A stretch of DNA of 64,000 nt from Spirochaetia bacterium (GTDB lineage: Bacteria; Spirochaetota; UBA4802; UBA5550): the NCBI GenBank assembly GCA_009885955.1, contig VFJS01000022.1, positions 51 to 64,050 on the forward strand, given 5' to 3'. Positions 1-10,700 of the stretch are shown here, one piece after another. A program made the position numbers and the translations under genes. Every line of letters begins with the position of its first letter. The stretch's first letter is position 1. Under the pieces are notes generated by a model. It ran no database searches, was not told the origin of the DNA, and saw nothing but the letters and a program-made list of their open reading frames with translations.

Positions 1-1625
1 TCAAGGACCGGTTCATCCCGGTGAGGCAGCTGAACAGGATAAATGCCAATATCATGCAGATACGGATCAATATGCTCCAGGAGGACCGCATGGCTATGGA
101 CAATGATTGGAAAGGGGTTGAGGAGAGGGCAAAAAATTCTGCTGAAATAACTGAAAAGTATATGAAGGATTGGAAGGAATTTACAGCCACGAAGCTCACC
201 AAGGAGGAGGAGAAGCTTGTCAAGGAGTGGGAAGTCCTGGTGGCAATTCCCAGGGAGACCCGTGCTAAATTCGCCAAGGAACTCCGCGCCAAAAATTTCA
301 AGGAGTCCGACAAGTATCTTGAGCAGTGGAGGGTGGAATACGGAAAACTTCGCGATAAGACCGGAGAACTCCTGGAGCTGCAGCAGAAAGAGGGAGAAAA
401 GCTAGAAGCGGAACAGGAACATATGACGAAGAATGCGTTGTATCTCACTATATTTATCATGGGTGGTTCCCTTCTATTCGGATTCATCATTACCATTGTC
501 CTGTCCAGGTCTGTTTCAAAACCGGTGAACAAGGGCCTTGAATTTGCACAGAAATTCGCGGCTGGCGACCTTACCGTAAGGATCGATCTCGATCAGAAGG
601 ATGAACTGGGCCAGCTCGGCAAGGCTCTCAACGGCGCGGCCCAGAACCTGGAGGAGCTTGTGTCAAATGTAATCCTCGGCGCCCAGAACCTGGCACAGGC
701 AGTGGAGCAGATATCAAGCGGAAACCAGAACCTCTCGCAGAGGACCTCGGAGCAGGCATCATCCCTGGAAGAGATAGCGTCAACCATAGAGGAGGCATCA
801 GCCACCACCAGGCAGAACTCCGAGAACGCCCTTGAGGCAAATACCCTGGCCGGAAGCACCTACAAGCTGGCGGAAGAGGGTGGCAGGGTATCGGGCGAAG
901 CGGTGAAAGGGATCAATGAAATAAATGAGGTGAGCAAAAAGATAAGCGACATCACCAATGTCATCAATGAAATATCATTCCAGACCAACCTCCTTGCCCT
1001 GAACGCCGCGGTTGAAGCTGCGCGGGCCGGCGAGGCAGGCAGGGGATTCGCCGTTGTGGCAGGAGAGATACGGAACCTGGCCCAGAGGTCGGGGAATGCA
1101 GCCAAGGAGATCGGGGCACTCATAAAGGATACCATCACCAAGATTGAAACAGGGTCAAGCCTTGTCAATAAAAGCGGCGAGTCTCTGAAAGAGATCATTT
1201 CATCCATCAACAACGTGAGCAGGATCGTGAGCGAAATAAATGCCGCAAGCAGCGAGCAGAAGCAGGGAATGGACCAGCTCACCGTGGCCATAACCGAGAT
1301 GGACAACATGACCCAGCAGAACGCCGCGCTCGTGGAAGAGACTGCGTCGGCGAGCGAGGAGATGGCAAACCAGGCCCAGGAGCTCATGACCCTTACCCAG
1401 CAGTTCAAGGTTGGGAGCGATTCAGACGGCGGCTCTCAGAAAAAGGAGATCCATCTGAAGAGCCTGGAGCACCGTGCCCCGGCTGGGAAAATGGCTGCAG
1501 GAAATACAGGTAAGAAGACTGTTGGCAAGGCCGGTGTTAAGAAAACGGGAATCGCAGGAGATGCGAAACATGAAGGCGATCATATCAAGAAGACCATGAG
1601 CGAAGAAGGTTTTGAGGAGTTTTAG
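1..1625 (+). CDS. Methyl-accepting chemotaxis protein, 5' end outside window
   Basis: The frame is open from nt 3, so the N-terminus is truncated. One TM segment ([22 protein letters not shown]) is followed by a HAMP-like region. The highly conserved MCP signalling hairpin is present ([35 protein letters not shown]). A long Lys/Gly-rich C-terminal tail ends in GFEEF. Confidence 0.9.
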   Translation, partial: KDRFIPVRQLNRINANIMQIRINMLQEDRMAMDNDWKGVEERAKNSAEITEKYMKDWKEFTATKLTKEEEKLVKEWEVLVAIPRETRAKFAKELRAKNFKESDKYLEQWRVEYGKLRDKTGELLELQQKEGEKLEAEQEHMTKNALYLTIFIMGGSLLFGFIITIVLSRSVSKPVNKGLEFAQKFAAGDLTVRIDLDQKDELGQLGKALNGAAQNLEELVSNVILGAQNLAQAVEQISSGNQNLSQRTSEQASSLEEIASTIEEASATTRQNSENALEANTLAGSTYKLAEEGGRVSGEAVKGINEINEVSKKISDITNVINEISFQTNLLALNAAVEAARAGEAGRGFAVVAGEIRNLAQRSGNAAKEIGALIKDTITKIETGSSLVNKSGESLKEIISSINNVSRIVSEINAASSEQKQGMDQLTVAITEMDNMTQQNAALVEETASASEEMANQAQELMTLTQQFKVGSDSDGGSQKKEIHLKSLEHRAPAGKMAAGNTGKKTVGKAGVKKTGIAGDAKHEGDHIKKTMSEEGFEEF

Positions 1626-1715
1626 CAAGCTCTGCCGGGGGAGCGGACCTGAATGGTTGCTACCCCCGTCTTAATATGATAACTTTATTTTACAAAGTGA
1701 AAAAGGAGAACTGTT

Positions 1716-2213
1716 ATGGATAACTTACTCTACAAGGGTACCGGAGCGGACAAAACCGCAAATTCCGCCCAGTATGTCACCTTCTCTATCGGCGAAGAAT
1801 TCTACGGGGTCACGGCCACGAAAGTCCATGAAATCATAGGGATGACTAAAATTACCCATGTCCCCAACAGCATGGACTACATGAAGGGAATAATCAATTT
1901 AAGAGGGAGCGTTGTACCCGTGGTGGACATGAGGCTTAAGTTCAGAATGGAAGAGAAGGAATACACCGAGCAGTCTATCATTATCATCGTGGAAATCAAG
2001 GGGAGGCTCTTCGGCATGATCGTTGATTCGGTCTCCGATGTAATCGGAATAGCCGAGAACAGCATCCAGGATACGCCGCACTTCAGCACAAAAATAGAGA
2101 CAGATTTCATAAGCGGCATAGGCAATAATAATGATCAGCTGATTATCATTCTCGATGTGGATAAAATTCTTACTGCCGAGGAGATTCAGGAAGCTGAAGC
2201 AAAGAGCGCGTAG
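1716..2213 (+). CDS. cheW: Chemotaxis coupling protein CheW
   Basis: 165 aa. CheW-like domain motifs are present (QYVTFSIGEEFYGV, INLRGSVVPVVDMR, IIILDVDKIL). AAGGAG Shine-Dalgarno upstream of the ATG. Confidence 0.9.
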   Translation: MDNLLYKGTGADKTANSAQYVTFSIGEEFYGVTATKVHEIIGMTKITHVPNSMDYMKGIINLRGSVVPVVDMRLKFRMEEKEYTEQSIIIIVEIKGRLFGMIVDSVSDVIGIAENSIQDTPHFSTKIETDFISGIGNNNDQLIIILDVDKILTAEEIQEAEAKSA

Positions 2214-2603
2214 ATGGGGCTTAAGATACTGATTGTCGAAGATGAAGAGATAACTGCCATGCTCTACCGGGAAATCCTTTTAAAAGAGGGTTACACGGTC
2301 ACGGGGTGTGTGCAATCGGGAGAAGAGGCTGTACAACAGGTTAAAAAGGATAACCCTGACCTGATAATCATGGACATTTTTTTAAGCGGGGCCATGAACG
2401 GTATTGATGCTGTGCGGGAGATAAAAAAATTCAGGAAGATACCGGTTATCTATGTCACGGCAAATTCCGATGACATGACCAGAAAATCGGCAATGGAAAC
2501 ATGCCCTGCAGGATATCTTACCAAACCGATACAGATGAGGGAGTTATCGTCGCTGATAAAAGTTTCCTTTGTTTCAAATAATACTCAGGATGTAGTTAAT
2601 TAG
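2214..2603 (+). CDS. Single-domain response regulator receiver (CheY-like)
   Basis: 129 aa. REC signatures are present: ILIVEDEE, DLIIMDIFL (phospho-acceptor Asp), VIYVTA, and K in LTKP. The ATG directly abuts the cheW stop. Confidence 0.85.
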   Translation: MGLKILIVEDEEITAMLYREILLKEGYTVTGCVQSGEEAVQQVKKDNPDLIIMDIFLSGAMNGIDAVREIKKFRKIPVIYVTANSDDMTRKSAMETCPAGYLTKPIQMRELSSLIKVSFVSNNTQDVVN

Positions 2604-2628
2604 TGTTGATAAGAGGATAAGAAAATTT

Positions 2629-2701
2629 TGGAGACAAGGGGGATCGAACCCCTGGCCTCTTGAATGCCATTCAAGTGCTCTCCCAGCTGAGCTATGCCCC
2701 C
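2629..2701 (-). tRNA. tRNA-Ala (anticodon GGC)
   Basis: The reverse complement reads GGGGGCATAGCTCAGCTGGGAGAGCACTTGAATGGCATTCAAGAGGCCAGGGGTTCGATCCCCTTGTCTCCA. It folds as a cloverleaf with anticodon loop ATGGCAT (GGC), a G3:U70 Ala identity pair and a TTCGATC T-loop. No CCA is encoded. Confidence 0.9.
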
Positions 2702-2720
2702 AAACCCGAAAAACATGTAA

Positions 2721-2749
2721 ATAATTGACGGGACACTGTTTACTGTCAA
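2721..2749 (-). promoter_or_regulatory. Candidate sigma70-type promoter for tRNA-Ala
   Basis: On the minus strand: TTGACA (2749-2744), a 17-nt spacer, then AATTAT (2726-2721), about 20 nt upstream of the tRNA 5' end. Motif match only. Confidence 0.3.
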
Positions 2750-2872
2750 GGGATTTCAGTAAAAATATAATAATTTTGGAAAAATTTTTTATAATATTTA
2801 TAATATTAAAGAAGCGCTTTAAGTATTTGTACATTCCCTTGAAATTATTGTTTCCCTGCAAAATTTTAAATC

Positions 2873-2901
2873 TTGACATTGGAAGTAATCAACAATATTA
2901 A
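2873..2901 (+). promoter_or_regulatory. Candidate sigma70-type promoter for the hybrid kinase gene
   Basis: TTGACA (2873-2878), a 17-nt spacer, then TATTAA (2896-2901) in an AT-rich spacer. The predicted transcription start near 2908 favours the ATG at 2940 over the TTG at 2907. Confidence 0.4.
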
Positions 2902-2939
2902 AATATTTGGAAAGTAGATCAAACATAACAGATAATATC

Positions 2940-5900
2940 ATGACCAAACCCAGTATCCTTATCATAGACGATGAAATCGTAATAGCGCTGAATATCAAGC
3001 AGATTATTGAACAGAAAGGGTATAAGGTTTGTGGAATCGGCAGATCAGCTTCCGAAGCCATGGCTTTAACAGAGAAGCATTCCCCGGACCTTATACTCAT
3101 GGATATAACCATTGCCGGCGATTCTGACGGAATAGCCGCTGTTGAACAGATAAAAACAAAATATGAAATTCCAATAGTTTATGTAACAGCCCATTCCGAC
3201 GAAGCCACGGTGAAAAGGGCTATGGAAACAAATCCCCACGGATTTATACTTAAAACAATCAGCGATACTGAACTTCTTGTTGCCATTGAACTCGCCCTTA
3301 CTACCCACAGAATGGAGATGAAACTGAAGGAGAGTGAAAAAAAATACCGTACGCTCTTTACTGCGATGAATAACGGATTTTCCCTCTGTAAAATGATATA
3401 TGATGAAAAAAATCAGCCCGTGGACTGGGTATACCTGGATGTAAACGAAGCCTATGAAAAAATTACCGGCCTAAGCAAAGAATGGATTATTAATAAGAGA
3501 ATATCCGAATTAAAGCCTGACATTATGACCAAATCTCCCGAACTTTTTCATAACCTCAGTGATGTTGTGCTGACAGGAAAGAAAAAAAAATTCGAGATGT
3601 ATTCTGCAAATTTCAAAAAATGGCTCTCCATAAATGCTTATTCACCTGAGGAGGGCCATTTTGTTGCACTTTTTGAAGATATAACCGAAAGAAGAATCAT
3701 TGGCGATACCCGGGAATTTCTCCTGAAACTCGGGAGCAGTAAAGGTGAGACTTTGTTCAAGTCCCTGGCCGAATATCTCGCTTCGGCATTGCAAATGGAT
3801 TATGTGTGTATAGACCGTCTCATTGGCGAAGAGAATACAGCAGAGACTGTCGCGGTTTATTATAACGGTATATTCGAGGACAATATTACCTATGCCCTGA
3901 AAGATACGCCATGCGGTGATGTTGTCGGAAAAACAATATGCATCTTCCCGGAGAACGTATGCAGCCTGTTCCCGAATGATGCCGCCCTTCAGACATTGAA
4001 GGCTGAAGGGTATATTGGAACAACCCTGTACAATTCCGTCGGAAAGCCCATTGGCTTAATCGCGCTTATCAGCTCAAAACCACTTGAAAAAACCGGACTT
4101 GCGGAATCAATCCTCAATTTGGCTGCTGCCCGCGCTGCAGTGGAAATGGAACGGCTCGAGGTTGAAAAAATTCTTGTTGATAATGAAATAACCTACCGGG
4201 AGGTATTCAACAACGCCGCTGAAGCCATGCTTGTCCACGACCCTGTTGATGGCGCGATCTATGATGTTAACATGGCCTTTACTGAACTTTTTGGATACAT
4301 GAGCAGTGAAACTGTTAATATGTCCATTAGCGATCTTTCATCGGAGAAAATTCCCGAGTCCCAGGATATAGCAATCCGTCTTATACAGGCGGTAAAAGCT
4401 GAAGGGATTATCAGACTTGAATGGCTGTCGAGGAAAAAGGACGGCTGCGAATTCCTTTCCGAGGTTACCCTTAAAAATACCATGATCCACGGGAAGGAAC
4501 GGGTCCTGGCATCCATACGGGACATTTCAGAACGTAAAATGAATGAAATGGATTTAAATTTAAATATCAGGCGCATGGAAGCCCTTATCAGGCTCTCGGA
4601 AATGTCCGAAATGCCCATACATGAGACCGGGACCTTTGTCGTTGAGGTTGCAATCGAACTCACGAACAGCTCAATAGGTTATATCAACCTGTTGAGTGAC
4701 AGCGGATCAGACTACAAAACCTTTGTTTTCTCGAAATCCGTTTTATTAAACTGCGCACATTCCGACATAGAATGCCACTTTATTGAAAAGGGCGGATGGT
4801 GGACTCAGGCAGTAATTGAAAAAAAACCTGTCATGGTCAATGATTATAAAGAGTCATCGGATTATAAAAAGGGCATTCCCGAAGGCCACATGAAACTTGA
4901 ACGGTTCATGATCATTCCGGTTATTGACAGGGAAGAGGTTGTGCTTATTGCAGCTGTGGGCAATAAAAAGAGCGATTATACCGGGGGAGACATGAATCAC
5001 CTCAGGCTCATGGCAGAGGGGCTCTGGACCCATCTTAAGATGAGGATGAAGGAGGAAGCTCTGCATAAGGAGAGGAACCGCGTTTTCACGCTTATTGATA
5101 ATATCCATGATCAGATATACTACAAGGACAACAGAGGAAGATTTGTCATGGTGAATAAAAGCGTTGCCGGTATATTCGAAGCCGGGCATCCGGCGAATGT
5201 AATAGGCAAGTCGGACTATGATTTCCTTTCAAAAGAGGATGCTGACAGGAGTTCTGAGGAGGAACGGAATATCATAGAATCATACAGGCCTATTATTAAT
5301 AAAGAAATACTGTGGGACCGGAACGGGAAAAAATCTTGGTATTCAATGACAAAAGTACCGCTGGTGGAAAAAGATGGAAAAATTTCGGGCATAGTCGGCA
5401 TAAACAGGGATGTTACTAAGATCAAAGCGGCAGAAGAGAATCTCAAGATTGCAAAAGAGGCCGCGGAATCGGCTAACATAGCAAAGAGTGCGTTCCTGGC
5501 CAACATGAGTCATGAACTGAGGACGCCCCTCAATTCAATTCTCGGATTCAGCCAGTTTCTGTCAATGGAGACATCGGGAAATCTCAATAAAAAACAGCTT
5601 GAATACCTGGGATATATAAGGAAGAGCGGAGATTACCTCCTGGAGATGATTAACGATATCCTTGATCTCTCTAAAATTGAATCGGGAAAACTGGAGCTCA
5701 TTTTTCAGCCCGTTGACCTGAGCGCGTTGCTGGTGAATGTTGTAAATACGGTCAAAGCCCTTGCAATGAAAAAACAGCTTAAAATGAAGAATACAATTTC
5801 CAAGGACCTGGGGATATTTATTGCCGATGAAATCCATGTTAAACAGATATTTTACAATCTCCTGTCCAACGCGATAAAATTTACCGGGAATGGAAAATGT

Positions 5901-6590
5901 TTCGGGATGTCGGCTGAATCCAATGGAGACGGGGCGGTTATTGAGGTCTGGGATGAAGGAATCGGTATTGATGATGCCGATAAAGAGAGGATTTTCAAGC
6001 CCTTTGAACAGATTAAAAATACCGCAACAAAGGGTATCAAGGGGACCGGGCTGGGGCTAACCATCACAAAGCAGCTCATTGAGATGCATGGCGGAAGCAT
6101 TGCCATTGAAAGCGAACCCGGCAGGGGGAGCCGGTTTACCATAACTCTCCCGGGAAAAATTGACGGAGATATCCCCTTGCAGGTGCAGAATATTGATGAT
6201 GCAGCAACCGGTAATGAATGGTGCGCCGATGAAAGATTAATCCTCATTGTTGAAGATGATGAAATAAACCGTGAGCTCATGAAAGTAATTATGGAGAACC
6301 TCGGCTGTAATATCCGTTTTGCCGAATCAGGAGAAGAAGCCCTCCAGTTCGTTGTAAAGGATAATTTTGATTTAATTTTTATGGACATGCAGCTCCCGGG
6401 GATCGACGGCATGGAAGCCGCGACCCGGATCCGGGAGATAGTAAAAGAACCGGTTCCCATAATTGCCCTCACGGCCGTTGCAATGAAGGGCGACAGGGAA
6501 AAAATCATGGCTTCGGGATTCGATGATTACCTGTCAAAGCCGATTGATGTTCTGATGTTGCGAAATATCCTTGTGAAATATTTGATATAA
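2940..6590 (+). CDS. Hybrid sensor histidine kinase (REC-PAS-GAF-PAS-GAF-PAS-HisKA-HATPase_c-REC)
   Basis: N-terminal receiver (ILIIDDE...LILMDITI). Several PAS- and GAF-like blocks follow. H-box AKSAFLANMSHELRTPLNSILGF, N-box NLLSNAIKFT, G-boxes GTGLGLTITKQL and GRGSRFTITLP. C-terminal receiver (ILIVEDDEIN...LIFMDMQLPGIDG...KP). Start chosen at ATG 2940; the ORF opens at 2907. Confidence 0.9.
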   Translation: MTKPSILIIDDEIVIALNIKQIIEQKGYKVCGIGRSASEAMALTEKHSPDLILMDITIAGDSDGIAAVEQIKTKYEIPIVYVTAHSDEATVKRAMETNPHGFILKTISDTELLVAIELALTTHRMEMKLKESEKKYRTLFTAMNNGFSLCKMIYDEKNQPVDWVYLDVNEAYEKITGLSKEWIINKRISELKPDIMTKSPELFHNLSDVVLTGKKKKFEMYSANFKKWLSINAYSPEEGHFVALFEDITERRIIGDTREFLLKLGSSKGETLFKSLAEYLASALQMDYVCIDRLIGEENTAETVAVYYNGIFEDNITYALKDTPCGDVVGKTICIFPENVCSLFPNDAALQTLKAEGYIGTTLYNSVGKPIGLIALISSKPLEKTGLAESILNLAAARAAVEMERLEVEKILVDNEITYREVFNNAAEAMLVHDPVDGAIYDVNMAFTELFGYMSSETVNMSISDLSSEKIPESQDIAIRLIQAVKAEGIIRLEWLSRKKDGCEFLSEVTLKNTMIHGKERVLASIRDISERKMNEMDLNLNIRRMEALIRLSEMSEMPIHETGTFVVEVAIELTNSSIGYINLLSDSGSDYKTFVFSKSVLLNCAHSDIECHFIEKGGWWTQAVIEKKPVMVNDYKESSDYKKGIPEGHMKLERFMIIPVIDREEVVLIAAVGNKKSDYTGGDMNHLRLMAEGLWTHLKMRMKEEALHKERNRVFTLIDNIHDQIYYKDNRGRFVMVNKSVAGIFEAGHPANVIGKSDYDFLSKEDADRSSEEERNIIESYRPIINKEILWDRNGKKSWYSMTKVPLVEKDGKISGIVGINRDVTKIKAAEENLKIAKEAAESANIAKSAFLANMSHELRTPLNSILGFSQFLSMETSGNLNKKQLEYLGYIRKSGDYLLEMINDILDLSKIESGKLELIFQPVDLSALLVNVVNTVKALAMKKQLKMKNTISKDLGIFIADEIHVKQIFYNLLSNAIKFTGNGKCFGMSAESNGDGAVIEVWDEGIGIDDADKERIFKPFEQIKNTATKGIKGTGLGLTITKQLIEMHGGSIAIESEPGRGSRFTITLPGKIDGDIPLQVQNIDDAATGNEWCADERLILIVEDDEINRELMKVIMENLGCNIRFAESGEEALQFVVKDNFDLIFMDMQLPGIDGMEAATRIREIVKEPVPIIALTAVAMKGDREKIMASGFDDYLSKPIDVLMLRNILVKYLI

Positions 6591-6658
6591 AGTCTGAGGA
6601 AAAACAAAAAATATTCCCAGGTTATGTACTTTGTTTAATTCTGACAAGAGGCAATTAA

Positions 6659-7714
6659 TTGAAAATAAATGCAATATCAATCGATGATGAGGAAATTAAC
6701 CAGTTGATCCTTACTGAGATAGCAAAAACAGTCGGTATTGATCTCATGGGTTTCCTCGATCCTCTCATAGCTGCGGAGTACATCAAGTCCTTTCCGGTTG
6801 ATCTTGTGTATGTAGATTATATGATGCCCGGAATGGACGGCATTGAAATGATCCGCCACATCCGGTCGTATCATCCCGACGTGCCGATCATCATGATCAC
6901 CACCCTGGGCGAAGACAGGGAGATTAAGCTCAAGGCCATCGAGGCCGGGGCCACGGAATTCCTGTCAAAGCCGATTGACACGGCGGAATTTACCGCCCGT
7001 ACCAGGAACCTCATAGCCCTGAGAAAAGCGCAGCTCCTGCTCATGGACCGCGCGCTGCTCCTCGAAGAGAAGGTGAAGGAGGCAACGAGGGACATTGCCC
7101 TGCGAGAGTTTGAGACACTCTCCGTCATGGGCAGGGCCGCTGAATACAAGGACCCGGAAACGGCCAATCACATTGTCCGCGTCGCCCATGTTTCCAGGCT
7201 TGTGGCCAGGGCCATGGGGCTTGATGATAAACAGCAGGAACTCATCTATCATGCAGCGCCCCTCCATGACGTGGGAAAACTGGGCATACCGGACTCCATT
7301 TTATTAAAACCCGGGGGCCTCACAGAAGAAGAGTTCCAGAAAATAAAAACCCATACTGGCATCGGGTTTAACATCCTGAAAGACAGTATGAGCGAATTCC
7401 TCCTTGCCGGGGCCCAAGTAGCCTTGTCTCACCATGAGAGGTATTCCGGGAGCGGGTACCCGTTATCGCTCAGGGGGGAGGAGATCCCGCTTTTCGGGCG
7501 GATCGTGGCAATAGCCGACTCCTACGACGCCATGGTTACGCGACGTCCCTACAAGGAGCCGTGGCCCGTTGAAAAGGTGACCGCAATCATCCGGGAGGAA
7601 AGGGGTAAACAGTTTGATCCCGGTCTTGTTGATGTTTTCCTCGGCATCATCGATGATATAGTAAAGCTCTACGAGCAGTTCCGGGATGAGGAGAGTGAAG
7701 GAAAATTGCAATGA
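6659..7714 (+). CDS. Response regulator with HD-GYP domain (RpfG-type c-di-GMP phosphodiesterase)
   Basis: Receiver (LVYVDYMMPGMDG, IIMITT, LSKP) followed by an HD-GYP domain (HIVRVAH...LHDVGKLGIP...HHERYSGSGYP...IVAIADSYDAM). TTG start. Noticeably more GC-rich than its neighbours. Confidence 0.85.
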   Translation: MKINAISIDDEEINQLILTEIAKTVGIDLMGFLDPLIAAEYIKSFPVDLVYVDYMMPGMDGIEMIRHIRSYHPDVPIIMITTLGEDREIKLKAIEAGATEFLSKPIDTAEFTARTRNLIALRKAQLLLMDRALLLEEKVKEATRDIALREFETLSVMGRAAEYKDPETANHIVRVAHVSRLVARAMGLDDKQQELIYHAAPLHDVGKLGIPDSILLKPGGLTEEEFQKIKTHTGIGFNILKDSMSEFLLAGAQVALSHHERYSGSGYPLSLRGEEIPLFGRIVAIADSYDAMVTRRPYKEPWPVEKVTAIIREERGKQFDPGLVDVFLGIIDDIVKLYEQFRDEESEGKLQ

Positions 7715-10700
7715 CGGCGAGAAAAAAAATATTAATTGTCGAAGATGATCGTATAATCGTCCTTGATCTCACGAAAAAGCTTTCGAAAATAGGGTTCGAT
7801 ATTGCCGGCACTGCCGATACCGGCATGGAAGCGGTTAAAAAGGCCGAAAAACTCAAACCCGATCTCATACTCATGGATATCGGTCTTTCCGGCGAGATGG
7901 ACGGGATTGAGGCGGCGGCTGAAATAAAGAAAAAATATTCAGTCCCCGTCGTGTTCCTCACTGCCGGCGATGACGACGCGACCATTCAGCGCGCCCTGGA
8001 GATAGAGCCCGATGGATATATCAAAAAACCAATCAGTGAGGCAATCCTCAAAACGACAATCATCACTGCCCTGCGGTGGCATGGGCTTGATATGCTCTCG
8101 TTCACAGTTAAAGAAGACCTGCGTACACACCAGGTTGAGCTGGGGATGCAGAATGAGGAGCTGCGCCGTTTGCACGAGAATTTGGCAACCTCCCAGAAAC
8201 TGTATTTCGATTATTTTGATCTTGCCCCGGTGGGGTACTTTTCCCTGAGCGAAAAGGGCCTCATCATCGAAGCAAATCTGTTTATCGCCTCTCTACTGAA
8301 TGTGACAAGGGATTTGCTGAAAAATAAACCTTTTTCCCGCTACATTCTCCCGGAAGACATAAATATTTATCACATGTTTAAAAAACAGCTTTTTAGTTCA
8401 GTGACGCAGCAGTCCTGCGAATTGAGAATGGCCCAGGCCGGCAGAGACCCCATCTGGGTACGGATAGAATCCAGTGCAGTTGAAATGGCCGGCGGGAAGA
8501 AAGTTTGCAGGGTTGTTTTAAGCGACATCACCTGGCGTAAAGAATCGGAACGCCGGCAAATGCTCACAGCGGAAATCCTGGAAATTCTGAACAATCCGGT
8601 TACCCTATCCGGTTCCATCAAGAATATCCTGGCTGCAATCAAACGGGTAACCGGTTCCGACGCTGCAGGTATCCGTATTCGAAGCGGTGACGACTTTCCC
8701 TATTTTGTTCAGGATGGTTTTTCCAGTGATTTTCTCCATTCCGAGAATACTCTGCTTTCCCGCAATAGTAACGGCGGCATCTGCAGGGATGAAAAGGGTA
8801 ATGTAAGCCTTGAATGCACCTGCGGGCTCGTCATATCAGGAAAGACCGACCCGGGAAATCCATTATTTACAGAGGCCGGAAGCGCATGGACGAATAACTC
8901 CCTTACTTTTTTAGAGATTCCGGCCGGCGCTGACCCCAGGCTCAATCCCCGCAACCGGTGCGTTCATGACGGGTACCAGTCTGTGGCCTTCATCCCCATC
9001 CGCTCCAATAATGAGATCGTAGGTCTGCTTCAGCTCAATGACCGGAGGAAAGATCGCTTCACACTTGATGCAATAAAATTTTTTGAAGGCCTCTGCGCCA
9101 GTATAGGTATTGCTCTGATGCGCAAACAGTCGGTTGAAGCGCTGAGGGCGAGTGGGGATAAGTTCACAACGATAGTCAACAGCATCAATGATGCGATCTA
9201 TGTCATAGATTTATCCGATAACGGCATCCCGGGAAAATTCATTGAAGTCAATGATGCGGCATGCAAGATGCTTGGATACTCCAGGGAGGAATTCTTTGCC
9301 CTGTCTCCAAGGGATATTAACTCCCTGGAAAGCAGGAAAAGTATTCAGAAAGAGGTGGATTCGCTGTTTTCCAAGGGAGTCCTTCTTTTAGAGAGCACTC
9401 ATGTCGCAAAAGACGGCAGGAACATTCCCGTGGAAATTAACGCCCATGTCGTTAACATCATGGGTGGAAAGAAGATAGTATCCATAGTACGCGACATCAC
9501 CATGCGCAAACATGCCGAGATTGAGCTCCGGGAGAGCGAGGAGCGGTTCCGTACGCTCATTGAGATGTCGCCTCAGGGTATCAACGTTCATCGGGACGGT
9601 AAATTTATTTATTTCAATCCGGCAGCAATGACGATGCTTGGCGCAACCCCGGAGAAAAACCTGGTAGGAAAACCTATCCTCGACCTGATTCACCCGGACT
9701 TCCATCAGTTCGTACAGAAGCGAGTTAAGAAAATTACCGATGGGGATGCCCGCCTTGTTCCGGAAGAGGGGATGAAATTTCTCAGGCTCGATGGAACCGT
9801 CATGGATGTGGAAGCCAAGGGCATATCGGTTACCTATGACGGCCTGTCATCGGTCTGCGTTTTCTGGCACGATATCACCGAACGCAAACTGGCGGAGGAA
9901 AAGCTGAGAGAGGCATACCACTTTAACAGACAGGTCATCAGCGGCGCCCAGGAAGGGATCATTGTCTATGGCCCCGATTTGCGGTACCAGGTCTGGAATC
10001 CGTACATGGAACAGTTGACCGGCTACCCGGGCGGCGAAGTTCTGGGCAAGCATCCCATGGAGCTGTTTCCTTTCCTCAATGAAGCTGGAGTCATGGACCG
10101 GCTGAAAAATGTACTTTCAGGAAAACCGGTTGAATCAGTTGAGTTCCCATTCCATTTTGAGGGTACAGAAAAATCAGGCTGGGCTATTGACACTTCAACA
10201 CCTTTATTCAATGCAGATGGCAAGATCACCGGAGTAATAGGGATGATCCACGACATCACTGATCGTAAGAAGACAGAGGAAGAGATCATAAACATATCGA
10301 ATATCCCCAGGGAAAATCCCAACCCCATCATCCGCATAAATAATGAGCGGATAATATTGTATGCCAATCCTTCAGGCATCCAACTATTGGAGACAATGGG
10401 GTGCAGGGTAGGCGGAACCTCCCCGGTGGAGTGGGATGCCTATATGGATCAGGCGATCGCAAGCAGATCTTCTTTGAAAATCGAGTTGGAATATTCCAGA
10501 AGTTTCCTGGAAATCAATGTAGTCCCGATATCTGAAAAAAAATATCTCAATCTGTATTTTTCAGATGTCACCGAACGCAAGCGGGCAGAGACTGCGCTTA
10601 TTAAGGGGGAAGAGGAATTGAGGCTGATACTCGATTCCACCGGGGAAGCCATTTACGGCATCGACATGGAGGGAAAATGCTCCTTCTACAACCCTGCTTT

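Noticed and set aside
1626-1680. Imperfect hairpin (cgggggagc...gctacccccg) after the MCP stop as a terminator
   Set aside because: The stem is bulged, the loop is 14 nt and there is no T-run. cheW follows with its own RBS, so read-through is more likely.
2574-2879. 101-aa minus-strand ORF
   Set aside because: It overlaps the tRNA-Ala gene and AT-rich promoter DNA. The Gly/Arg-rich core is simply the translated tRNA sequence.
2604-2939. tRNA-Ala as a possible genomic-island integration site for the downstream kinase cluster
   Set aside because: No integrase or recombinase is present, and I found no direct repeat of the tRNA 3' end in the window. The tRNA 3' end faces the cheY-like gene, not the kinase cluster.
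5852-6508. 218-aa minus-strand ORF antisense to the HATPase/REC end of the hybrid kinase
   Set aside because: It is a shadow ORF. The plus-strand frame carries the canonical N, G1, G2 and receiver motifs.
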